This document shows positions 41,896-50,566 of a stretch of DNA of 64,000 nt, piece after piece. The notes under the pieces were generated by a model, which was given only the letters and a program-made list of their open reading frames with translations, did no database searches and had not been told where the DNA came from. Source of the stretch: a virus; IMG/VR virus record IMGVR_UViG_3300042860_003408, positions 21,866 through 85,865 of that record. One strand, given 5' to 3'. Numbering within the stretch: the stretch's first letter is position 1; each line of letters starts with the position of its first letter. A program made the translations under genes and the position numbers.

Positions 41896-42740
41896 TTATA
41901 TTTATTTTCGTTAATATCAAATATTGCTTTAAACGTGAATGATGTTATTATTTTTTCATCTAATAGCATCAGTAAATATCTTGCCCATTTCTTAGATACT
42001 CTTATCATTGGAATTTTTAATTCATAAGTATCAAATGAAACTGTTATGACCTTTGTTCTTTCTTGGAAATCAGTTGTTCCAGAAAATTTATCATACCCAA
42101 TAATAGGCCTTGATAAAACCTCAAATGGATTTATTATAAATCTTTCTGCAAATTTTTTTGACGTATCAGAAGACATTCTCTGATATAAAGCAGTTTTCTT
42201 TCCAGAATACGCATTTGTAAGCATAAATGCCGTGAATGACTCCTTTGTAAGGCTCTCTCCAAATATCGAAGTTGAAGTGTAAATAAACCCTTCATTTGTG
42301 CTCGATCTTGACATCGAATACAACATCATTCTTTTTGTTCCGTATGAAATTGTTTCTGGCTCTAATTCAAATGAAAAATCATAAATCTCTATTGAGTATG
42401 ACTTTGAAACATCTGCATGTCTCTTCGCATTTGAGTTCATTGCAGCCTCTATTTCGGCTATGTCTGAAAATGAATACGTTATGGCACTTGCTGGAACTAT
42501 TGTCCCTAATACGACTGTTTTTGAGTTAGACACCCTTTCTGTAAAAAAAGAGGCCTCATCTTGTAGTGACTTGTTTTGGAATGGAACACCATTTACATCG
42601 CAAACGCTACCATTCATTATCTTGCATTTTAATCCAGTTTTTACTGAAAATGCAATATATTCAGACAAATCAAGTTCAGCTGCTTTCATTGTCGCCGCTC
42701 TACTGCCAAATATATTTTTACTAGTTGGTATCTTTATCAT
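41877..42740 (-). CDS. Possible degenerate ATP-dependent DNA ligase-like protein
   Basis: YIAFSVKTGLKCKIMNG...NGVPFQNKSLQ resembles the phage ligase motif I region (S.KLDG.RC.I.NG...K.IPN..Q) but lacks an intact KxDG. Confidence 0.35.
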   Translation of the reverse strand: MIKIPTSKNIFGSRAATMKAAELDLSEYIAFSVKTGLKCKIMNGSVCDVNGVPFQNKSLQDEASFFTERVSNSKTVVLGTIVPASAITYSFSDIAEIEAAMNSNAKRHADVSKSYSIEIYDFSFELEPETISYGTKRMMLYSMSRSSTNEGFIYTSTSIFGESLTKESFTAFMLTNAYSGKKTALYQRMSSDTSKKFAERFIINPFEVLSRPIIGYDKFSGTTDFQERTKVITVSFDTYELKIPMIRVSKKWARYLLMLLDEKIITSFTFKAIFDINENKYKCAVVL

Positions 42741-42758
42741 TTTTATTAATTTTAATTG

Positions 42759-42825
42759 TTGTCTATACAGGACTCGAACCTGTGACCTCGGATTTATCCG
42801 CGCACTCCCACCGCGCTAATAGACT
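42759..42825 (-). ncRNA. tRNA-like element TL1 (anticodon arm reduced to 4 bp + 4-nt loop)
   Basis: Minus strand GTCTAT-TA-GCGC-GGTGGGA-GTGC-G-CGGA-TAAA-TCCG-AGGTC-ACAGG-TTCGAGT-CCTGT-ATAGAC-AACA. Confidence 0.75.
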
Positions 42826-42834
42826 TCCAGTTTG

Positions 42835-43824
42835 TTATTGGATTGATATTTTTGACTTCATAAAAAGCTCGGCCTCTTTGAGACTAAACTTTTTTGCGAA
42901 ATCACTAATATCCTTTGTTTTGTATTTTTTATTAATGAACAAGAAATCGAAGCTATATTTGCTTACTATTTTTCTTGTAAACTGGACACCAGTTCTATCT
43001 CTATCATAAAAAATAACTATTTTTTTAAACCTCTCTTTGAGTTTGTTTAAAACAATCTCCGGAATCATTGTAGATTCACTTGGCGGAGAAATTGCATTAT
43101 ATCCTAATTCATGTAAAACCATTACGTCTTTCAGTGATTTAGTTATAATAAGCACATCCCCGCCTTCTGGAAGTTGCTCATATCCCATTATATCTAATGA
43201 CGATAAATTGCCCCTCCATTTGTTTATCTTTTTTCCAAGTGGTCTGTAGATTTTAAATTTGTCAAATACCTTATACGAATAAATTGGATCTTCTTTCGTA
43301 TAAGTTGCCTTTATCTCTCCATCTACTGAGTACAGAGATATCGCGTTAACTCGATAAGTGGAAAGTGTTTTTTCAGATATTCCAAATTCAGCCCAAAACG
43401 CAAGGTCTTGAGCTGTCATTGCTTTTCTTTTTACAGATATCTGCTTCTTCCTGCTAACGAATGTATATTTGCTACTAGGCTTATTGCTCATCTTATATCC
43501 GACATTAAAGTCACTAATAATCTGGCTCATCACTTCACTATACTTTCGTAGACCGAAAAGGTTTTTTACAAATTTAAATGCGTCTCCGCAATCGCCATTG
43601 GCTAAGTCTTTATATAATAGAGCGTTATCCCTATTGCTTACAAAAATGCCAAATGACGGATTTGAGTCTTCTCTGAGAGGAGATTTAATTGTCTGTCCGA
43701 CTCTTATATCTCCTATATACTTTCTAAAAATGTCATATTCTGACACTATTTCAAGTACATCACTTTTCGTTATCATGCTCTTAGACTCGGTATCGCTTAT
43801 ATGTTTTTTTGTATCATAAAGCAT
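42835..43824 (-). CDS. dnaG: DnaG-family primase (crAss-type)
   Basis: SPLRED.NPSF, GD.FKFV, TOPRIM-region IITKSLKDVM, FYDRDRTG and KDISD motifs. Confidence 0.9.
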   Translation of the reverse strand: MLYDTKKHISDTESKSMITKSDVLEIVSEYDIFRKYIGDIRVGQTIKSPLREDSNPSFGIFVSNRDNALLYKDLANGDCGDAFKFVKNLFGLRKYSEVMSQIISDFNVGYKMSNKPSSKYTFVSRKKQISVKRKAMTAQDLAFWAEFGISEKTLSTYRVNAISLYSVDGEIKATYTKEDPIYSYKVFDKFKIYRPLGKKINKWRGNLSSLDIMGYEQLPEGGDVLIITKSLKDVMVLHELGYNAISPPSESTMIPEIVLNKLKERFKKIVIFYDRDRTGVQFTRKIVSKYSFDFLFINKKYKTKDISDFAKKFSLKEAELFMKSKISIQ

Positions 43825-43837
43825 TTTTACTTTTTAT

Positions 43838-44440
43838 TTAGAATGGAGAATCTTCTACTGTTGCTGTTTTTGGCGTTGCTCCAAACACGCTTGCAGAAGT
43901 TTCAGCTTCTGGCTCGGTATCAAGAACTTGTCTTTCAAACTTATCAATAGATAATTGGCTAATTTTTGAATCCGACGAGCTAATCGTCATAGGCTCAATA
44001 AATGTGTATTTATAATATCTTGGAAGTCCGGTAAAACCGTTATTTCCATATACTACCTTAAGACGCACTTTGGTCTTTGGAGCGTTATTAATTAACGCAA
44101 CCACCCATGCAGCAAAACCTGCGAACGAGTCACCTGTAAATACTAATACTTCTTTAGGATAAAAACACTTAAGGATTTGCATAATCCTTTTTACCTGGCC
44201 ATCAGCCTTTGCTTGTAATGATTCATCTGATTCATCACCAAATTTCTTTGGTTCATATTCAGTTTGACTTACTTTAGCTCCATCTCTTTCGAACAAGATC
44301 TCAATGTATTCGTTTCCGTTAGTCGATCTGTCTTGTTTCGCCGATACAAGGTCCACATTCTCATGTATCCCTGCATCTAGGTATTTAACGTCTTTAGTTT
44401 CAACGTTAAAACCGATACTTGTATTAAATATCATATTCAA
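43838..44440 (-). CDS. Putative single-stranded DNA-binding protein
   Basis: Beta-rich, with acidic C-terminal tail ending EDSPF; lies between the AAA ATPase and primase. Confidence 0.55.
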   Translation of the reverse strand: MNMIFNTSIGFNVETKDVKYLDAGIHENVDLVSAKQDRSTNGNEYIEILFERDGAKVSQTEYEPKKFGDESDESLQAKADGQVKRIMQILKCFYPKEVLVFTGDSFAGFAAWVVALINNAPKTKVRLKVVYGNNGFTGLPRYYKYTFIEPMTISSSDSKISQLSIDKFERQVLDTEPEAETSASVFGATPKTATVEDSPF

Positions 44441-45174
44441 TCTTTTATATATATTCTATCCCAATGAGCAGTAATTCTGCCCTCATCATCACTCTCTGCC
44501 ACAACAATTTCTTTTCCACGTAAGTGAGCCTGTCTTGCTTCCACAATAAAGTCTCCTCCTCCATTGAAATTGAAAATTGTCTGATTTTTAACGCGATAAC
44601 AATACGCTATTGCGTCTGCATCTGCGGCTACCAATCTAGCAGTTTTTCCTGATAAGTCTATTGACATTTCTGACAACTCTTTTCCTTCTTTGTTAATCAA
44701 CGTATCTTTTACGTGGGCAACTAGAATTAAGTGAGGAGTTAGCGTCCTAAACATATCTATAACTTTAAAAAATGCTTCTCTAAGATAAAGGTATCCGCCT
44801 CCATTTGGAAGCTTTCTGACATCTCCAGTATAGGTTTTGCCCATTGGAGTATCTTTATATAGTTTAAGAGCTAAATCTAAAACTATATCCTCTAGCTTAG
44901 TTGCATTATCTATAGTTATATATTGATATGCATATCCTTTTACTTCTTCGTTTTTAGTCTTAATGCTTAATGCAATCTCAGATAAATCTGAAACTGATTT
45001 TGCTTTTACTACTAACGCTTCTATATAATCATATCCATCTTCTAAGTCAATTATTAAATTGCCTTCTAATCTAGATGCGACTTCTGATTTCCCCGCTTTT
45101 GGTTTCCCAAAATAAATGAAGAACTTAGGATTACTGCTTGTTGGTTTTTGTTTAATTGTAGGTAATGTAATCAT
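44437..45174 (-). CDS. AAA/Sak4-like ATPase
   Basis: Walker A GKPKAGKS, IIDLEDG, ITIDNAT, ILVAH and DADAIAY motifs. Confidence 0.8.
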   Translation of the reverse strand: MITLPTIKQKPTSSNPKFFIYFGKPKAGKSEVASRLEGNLIIDLEDGYDYIEALVVKAKSVSDLSEIALSIKTKNEEVKGYAYQYITIDNATKLEDIVLDLALKLYKDTPMGKTYTGDVRKLPNGGGYLYLREAFFKVIDMFRTLTPHLILVAHVKDTLINKEGKELSEMSIDLSGKTARLVAADADAIAYCYRVKNQTIFNFNGGGDFIVEARQAHLRGKEIVVAESDDEGRITAHWDRIYIKD

Positions 45175-45204
45175 TTTTTGATTATTTTTCTACGCATAAA
45201 AAAG

Positions 45205-45243
45205 ATTTGAATGTATTTGAATTTATTTGAATTTATTTGAATT
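45205..45243. repeat. 10-bp tandem repeat (ATTTGAATTT-type, ~4 copies)
   Basis: ATTTGAATGT-ATTTGAATTT-ATTTGAATTT-ATTTGAATT in the intergenic gap. Confidence 0.8.
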
Positions 45244-45254
45244 GCGCGGTTTTA

Positions 45255-45842
45255 TTAGCGAATTACGTTATAAATTAAGTAATTTACAGCATTGATTTCA
45301 GAACGGTTCAATCCGTAGATAGAAGCAGCACCAATAGTAGTTGTAGGGATTATGCTATAACCAACTTTGATGAAGTTGCTAAATACTTGAACTTTGATAC
45401 CGTCAACATAAGTCACATAAAGAGCGTCAGTTGTTGCTGGACGAGTATATACATAACTCATACGATAAGCATTTGCACGAGCAAATTCTGCACGACGAGC
45501 TTCTTCTTCAATGCGAGCTTTTTCTGCGGAAAATGCAGAGATTTTTGATACAATTGTAGACCAATCTTTGATTAAGTCATATACGGGCTTGTATCCTTTT
45601 TCACGGGCGTAATCAGGACGTTCTACCCAATTTACATCGTGATTTTTTGCAGTGCCGAATGTCAATAAGCTGCCTGCGCCTGCGTATTGAATGCCACGTT
45701 TTACATCAGGATTATCAAGGCCTGCTACTGTCAAGTTAGTATATCGTTTTGTAAGGATATCTACCAAACCTTTTTTGTAAAAACCACGTGGATCGTTAGC
45801 CAAAGTTGGCAATTCTACTGCAAATTTAAATGTATCTTTCAT
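45255..45842 (-). CDS. Hypothetical protein
   Basis: 195-aa ORF with CGT/GCT-rich codon usage. Confidence 0.75.
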   Translation of the reverse strand: MKDTFKFAVELPTLANDPRGFYKKGLVDILTKRYTNLTVAGLDNPDVKRGIQYAGAGSLLTFGTAKNHDVNWVERPDYAREKGYKPVYDLIKDWSTIVSKISAFSAEKARIEEEARRAEFARANAYRMSYVYTRPATTDALYVTYVDGIKVQVFSNFIKVGYSIIPTTTIGAASIYGLNRSEINAVNYLIYNVIR

Positions 45843-45855
45843 AAAATGAACGTTT

Positions 45856-46854
45856 TTAATTTTTTATATCTAATTTTAATTGACTGTCATTTTCGACGGT
45901 CGTTTGTTTTGGTTCTATTAAGTTATTATGCTTTAAATCATTAATGAATCTTAATATTTTAGAGTCTCCTTCCCTATTTTTAGTGAAGTGCAAGTACACC
46001 ATGTCTTTTGTTGGCAGATTCTCGTATCCATACGTCAATATGCCTAAGATTTCCGGTCTATGAATAATTATAACATAGTCGCTTGCTTGAAACACAGCAT
46101 CAGATGAGGCAATATCACTTCTTTGAGGATAATGCAATGAAGGGTTGTTAATCCTTTCTGGCGCTTCAATATTTCTATTCATTTGTGCTATTTGAATAAT
46201 TGACGTTTTGCCAATTTTCTTTAAAGCTATTAATTCCTTTTCTAGTTCCACTATTACAGATCTTTCAGAATCCGAGTTTGAATTTCCCCTTACCAATAAA
46301 GTGTGATCTATAATCACTACAAGCCATTTATCTTTGGCTATTGTTTTTTGGAAAAATTCTATTGTAGCTTTTATTTCGTTTACAGTTCCGGGATTATCCA
46401 CATAATATACTGGATAGTCCTTTATTGTTCGAGCCTTTGATTCTATCTCGCTAAATTCATCGTCGGATATAGCTCCTTTATCCGATGCCGAGTACAACTC
46501 AGAAGTAGTTTTTCTTAATTTATAAGAGAGTTTTCTACCGATTTGCTTAGCTGAAATCATTTCAAAGCTAAAGCTTAAAACAACAACTGCTTCATCTTTA
46601 TTTAAATCTATAATGTCTGTTTCTAATGTATTTACAAATGATGATTTACCGCTTCCAGATATACCTGCTATAGTATATACTGCATTTGGTTCAATTCCGC
46701 CCATTGCTAGCTTATTGAATTTATCCCATCTGGTTCGCAATGATCTTACAATAAATCTTCTTCTGTCATTAATGTATTTTACTATATCACTCGTAGCACT
46801 TGATATGTGCTTGAATTCAAGTATTTTTGGTTGGTTAAACAACTTCGGTTCCAT
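45856..46854 (-). CDS. dnaB: DnaB-family replicative helicase (motor domain)
   Basis: GISGSGKS, FSFEM, IIDH, AQMNRNIE, DAVFQASD and HFTKNREG motifs. Confidence 0.9.
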   Translation of the reverse strand: MEPKLFNQPKILEFKHISSATSDIVKYINDRRRFIVRSLRTRWDKFNKLAMGGIEPNAVYTIAGISGSGKSSFVNTLETDIIDLNKDEAVVVLSFSFEMISAKQIGRKLSYKLRKTTSELYSASDKGAISDDEFSEIESKARTIKDYPVYYVDNPGTVNEIKATIEFFQKTIAKDKWLVVIIDHTLLVRGNSNSDSERSVIVELEKELIALKKIGKTSIIQIAQMNRNIEAPERINNPSLHYPQRSDIASSDAVFQASDYVIIIHRPEILGILTYGYENLPTKDMVYLHFTKNREGDSKILRFINDLKHNNLIEPKQTTVENDSQLKLDIKN

Positions 46855-47401
46855 AGGAAATTGTTTTTGGCTCGTCTGAATAAATAATAGCTTTGGATTT
46901 TTCCAAATAAACTAAATATTCTTCTGAGGTTAACCATTTATACATTCTTTTCATATAACTCATTTTGTTTGAAGCTCTTTTTTCTGCTAGCTCAGCCTTT
47001 AGGGCTGTCATCACTTCGTTGTGCTTAGTTTCGCTTTTGCCTACTAATTTATTATAGACAACACGTGCTCTATTTACATCGCTTCTTAAGTAATCTCTAG
47101 ATCCGTCTGTTCGAATCGAGTATACTGGGTATGAGTCGTAAAATTCACTGAAAAAATCTTTTGTTCCGATGGCCTTTTCCATTTCTGGAGTCAATTTTAG
47201 TCTTGATAAGGTTGGAGTGAATAAAGAATCTTTTGTAAATATGTTTAAGCTAATTAGTTTATCAATATCTGAACCACTTATGTTTAGTGTTTCTTTTATC
47301 GGTGCGATATTAATTTTATCGATAACTAGCCTAATTAATAGAAACTGGTTGATTGTTAATTTGAGGCGTTTAGCCTCCAGCAAATCTAGTTCTACCAGCA
47401 T
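46835..47401 (-). CDS. Putative replication initiator / helicase-loader-like protein
   Basis: FSEFYDSYP...YMK...KWL..E.Y motif typical of phage initiator C-terminal domains; overlaps dnaB. Confidence 0.55.
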   Translation of the reverse strand: MLVELDLLEAKRLKLTINQFLLIRLVIDKINIAPIKETLNISGSDIDKLISLNIFTKDSLFTPTLSRLKLTPEMEKAIGTKDFFSEFYDSYPVYSIRTDGSRDYLRSDVNRARVVYNKLVGKSETKHNEVMTALKAELAEKRASNKMSYMKRMYKWLTSEEYLVYLEKSKAIIYSDEPKTISYGTEVV

Positions 47402-47645
47402 AGTATGTTTTTTATTGTGTTTAAAAAATCTGTACTATTTGGATATATTTGAATTGATTTGTATGGGAAACAATAAAATATATAAGTTCAAGGTCATGTG
47501 CACATCTTATATTACTGGCATGGCTCAGATTATTTTATTGTTTTTATTTTTAAATAAGTATATTTTCTACTCTCGTACCCTCACTTGAACGGTTAAAGTT
47601 CAATCTGTGTAGATTTAGGCTATTCATACATACTTATTTTTTTTG

Positions 47646-47712
47646 TTGAAATTAGGGACTCGAACCCAACTATTGATTTTTTGTCACAAAAATAATAGGA
47701 CCATTAATTTCT
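47646..47712 (-). ncRNA. Degenerate tRNA-like element TL2
   Basis: T-arm GGG-TTCGAGT-CCC, GAAAT/ATTTC closing pairs and GACAAAAAATC loop shared with TL4. Confidence 0.35.
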
Positions 47713-47713
47713 T

Positions 47714-48475
47714 TTACAAGACGAAGTCAAATTCTATTGCTTCAGGAATTGCTTCATTTGATATTGATTCTTGTCCTGCCTCAGCAGAACCGCTTTCTTT
47801 AAGAGCTTCGCTCTCTTTTACTAACTCATCAAACTTTTCAGTTTCAAAGGTAATAAACTTTTTTGTCTTTTCTGCTTTTTCCAAAGCAAGTATTAATGCA
47901 TCTTTCGTTAATACAGAGTCTTTTTCTACGAACTTCTCTATTATCTGATTAAGATTTAATCCTGCGATTGAAATGTTTTCAAGGCCAAATAATTTCTCTT
48001 CTTTTGAATTTGATATCATTTTGGCTGTATGAGAGCAATCTGCTAGAAAATATTTTACTAAATCTTCTGTTGTGTTAATTACAACATAGATTTGCTCTTT
48101 TACACCTCTAAAGTAAGAGGACATGCAATCTCTGTTAAAAATAGATGATACAACTCTTTCTGGCCCAAGCAATGACAATATGTTTTTTAATTCCACGTTA
48201 TCTTCTTTTGACCCAAATTTTATTAAATCATCGCCAATACATTTGTGTTTTAACACCTCTATATTGTGTCTTGAGCATTCGTACTTAAATGAATCTACTC
48301 CTGTTGAACTAAAATTATTTCTTCTAATTCTTTCAAGGGCTGTAGCTTTTATTATTCTTTTTGAATAATATTCAAAGTCAGTAACGATTGGAATTACTCC
48401 AGTCATATCAGACATCCTGTTTACTATGTCTATTACTAGGCTGTTCTCAACTCCTTTTTCTACTAAGTATACCAT
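47714..48475 (-). CDS. Hypothetical protein
   Basis: 253-aa ORF. Confidence 0.7.
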   Translation of the reverse strand: MVYLVEKGVENSLVIDIVNRMSDMTGVIPIVTDFEYYSKRIIKATALERIRRNNFSSTGVDSFKYECSRHNIEVLKHKCIGDDLIKFGSKEDNVELKNILSLLGPERVVSSIFNRDCMSSYFRGVKEQIYVVINTTEDLVKYFLADCSHTAKMISNSKEEKLFGLENISIAGLNLNQIIEKFVEKDSVLTKDALILALEKAEKTKKFITFETEKFDELVKESEALKESGSAEAGQESISNEAIPEAIEFDFVL

Positions 48476-48477
48476 GG

Positions 48478-48909
48478 TTATTCTTCAAATTTGAAATCGG
48501 TATCCTTATTGAAGTTGTCAATCATTTCAGATAGTTTATCTATCTCAACATTTATTTCCTGAAGATCACCATCGATTTTCTTTTTAGAAATAACGCCGTT
48601 TGTTGTGTACTTCTTAAGGCCCAATAGTTTTACTTTTTGTTCTTTAAGCTGTTGCAATGCGAAAATGGTTGGATATATACAATCCTCTGGCAAGTCTTCA
48701 ATTTTCTTTAAGCCCATATTAGCTGCTTGAATAGCAACTTTTATGCCTACTAATTTAATTGAATCCGAAATGATTGTTTTCATTAAGGCATCAACATTGT
48801 AGTGTGATTTTGATTTGTCAACTTGATTGAACGCATATATACGTTCCCAATTTTTTTTAATGTCACTTATTAGCGACTCGCGTTTTGAAATTAATTCGTT
48901 TGTTTTCAT
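48478..48909 (-). CDS. Hypothetical helical protein
   Basis: 143-aa ORF. Confidence 0.7.
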   Translation of the reverse strand: MKTNELISKRESLISDIKKNWERIYAFNQVDKSKSHYNVDALMKTIISDSIKLVGIKVAIQAANMGLKKIEDLPEDCIYPTIFALQQLKEQKVKLLGLKKYTTNGVISKKKIDGDLQEINVEIDKLSEMIDNFNKDTDFKFEE

Positions 48910-48959
48910 ATGATTTTGATAATTTTTTATTGATTAATTAAAATCATAGACTGGAAATC

Positions 48960-49035
48960 GTAAGGATTTTGGATTTGAACCAAATAGCCCACTAACTCAG
49001 GCTCGAATTATAAACCTGCCATAGTTGCATCCCCT
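48960..49035 (-). ncRNA. tRNA-like element TL3 (no proper anticodon arm, long variable arm)
   Basis: GGGGAT/ATCCTT acceptor, AACT/GGTT D-stem, GCCT..GGGC variable stem, TTTGG-TTCAAAT-CCAAA T-arm. Confidence 0.55.
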
Positions 49036-49042
49036 TATTTTA

Positions 49043-49120
49043 TACAGACTACACGCATGCTATCTTTTATGGAGTTACCCAATAGCAATACATGTAGTTT
49101 GACGGAGTTACCCAACTGTA
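49043..49120 (-). ncRNA. Structured motif with two TTGGGTAACTCC copies
   Basis: 12-bp direct repeat at 49071-49082 and 49104-49115 inside nested stems TACAG/CTGTA, ACTACA/TGTAGT and TGCTA/TAGCA. Confidence 0.5.
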
Positions 49121-49136
49121 ATTTTTTTTGAATACG

Positions 49137-49622
49137 CTATTCCTCGTTTTCGATAATGACAAGGTGATTGCCATTATGAATTCTATCAGCAATGATTTCA
49201 GCGAAGCTTAATCCTTTCTGATATCTAAAAATTCGGGACTTTCCTCCCTTTTTGTCTTTTATCCTAAGATTTACCTCATCCTCACCGTCGTCTGGTAATT
49301 CTGGGTCTTCGTCGCTTAAATAAGCTGAGAATAAAAGACGGATGACCGAATTTCGGTCGTTTGTGGCAAATAATACTGCTATTGATTTAGCGCAAAGACT
49401 AGAAGCATATACCAAATCTTTCTTTTCAACATCGAGTTTTGCCAAGATGTCTTGTACCACAGTAAGGAAATCCTTACGTGGTTGAGTTAGATTTAGTATT
49501 TTAATACGGCTAGTAGCCATTATTATGCTTCCATCGTCAAGAACAAGTACTTTGCTATCGTATACCGACAACTCCCCTATGAGGATTGTCAGCAATGCTT
49601 TTTCTACTTCTCCTAGCTTCAT
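49137..49622 (-). CDS. Hypothetical protein
   Basis: 161-aa ORF preceded by AGGAG. Confidence 0.7.
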   Translation of the reverse strand: MKLGEVEKALLTILIGELSVYDSKVLVLDDGSIIMATSRIKILNLTQPRKDFLTVVQDILAKLDVEKKDLVYASSLCAKSIAVLFATNDRNSVIRLLFSAYLSDEDPELPDDGEDEVNLRIKDKKGGKSRIFRYQKGLSFAEIIADRIHNGNHLVIIENEE

Positions 49623-49642
49623 GTCGACTCCTTTCTACGAGA

Positions 49643-50134
49643 TTACTCGTTTTCAGACTCGAATTGAGCTGCGGCCCGGTTGTTTGCTTCTTTTGCTGCT
49701 TTCAAGGCTGCAATTTGAGCGTCAACATCTTCGCGAATAATTGTCAAACGTACGATTTCTCCATCGTTTGCAGAATTTGCGATTTCGTTAGCTACAACGT
49801 AGTTGCCGAAAATATTACGAACTCCATCAGTCTCACCTTCGTATTGTGAAGATTTTTTGATGATTGACTCGATCTGTTGATCGTTTAGCTTCAATGGAGC
49901 GTTTGCATCTCCGTTAATTGCTGTGACCCGGATACCTCCAGTGAGGTCCAACTCGCGAATAGACTTAACGCGAACAGATTCAATTGTTGTAAGAACTGCT
50001 GGTTTAGCAATACGAACATCTTCTGATTTATTTTTGTGGTTGTCATCCACATCTACGGTTTTAAACGTGTGTAAGTGCTGGCCATAAAATTGACCGATTA
50101 ATACTTTTGGACTTACTTTTTTATTTGGGTGCAT
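49643..50134 (-). CDS. Hypothetical protein
   Basis: 163-aa ORF preceded by AGGAGG; CGT/CGC Arg codons. Confidence 0.75.
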   Translation of the reverse strand: MHPNKKVSPKVLIGQFYGQHLHTFKTVDVDDNHKNKSEDVRIAKPAVLTTIESVRVKSIRELDLTGGIRVTAINGDANAPLKLNDQQIESIIKKSSQYEGETDGVRNIFGNYVVANEIANSANDGEIVRLTIIREDVDAQIAALKAAKEANNRAAAQFESENE

Positions 50135-50471
50135 TTTTACCTCCTTTTTTAAAATTGATTTTTACTTGTTTTGATAACTTTTATTCCCAATGGTGCGCCT
50201 GAAAGGATTACATAACTCAAGGGAATCCATTTATAGGGTAAAAATATTTTTCCCAGACTCCTTCAATGCTAGTTGTTCCACACGGTACTAGACCCTGCAT
50301 TGGCACACCTAAGGTACTTAATATTTTTAAAGAAAATAGTCACGTTAATTACGATAACGTACAGGATCTTCACCTGCTCCGGATAACTTATATACTTACT
50401 CTGCAATGCTGGAGTGCATCGTTTTCGGTATAGCCATAGCCACTCAGACAATATTTATATGTAAATGCGAA

Positions 50472-50566
50472 ATAAGGCCATTTAGAGGCTCATACAGACA
50501 CTTTCTTGCAGGAAATGTAGTTCTGTACTACTCCAAAATCAGGATGGCTTAAAACGCCTTAAAATA
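50472..50566 (-). repeat. Dispersed phased element E6 (non-coding copy)
   Basis: Minus strand TATTTTAAGGCGTTTTAAGCC ... GAAAGTGTCTGTATGAGCCTCTAAATGGCCTTAT. Confidence 0.6.
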
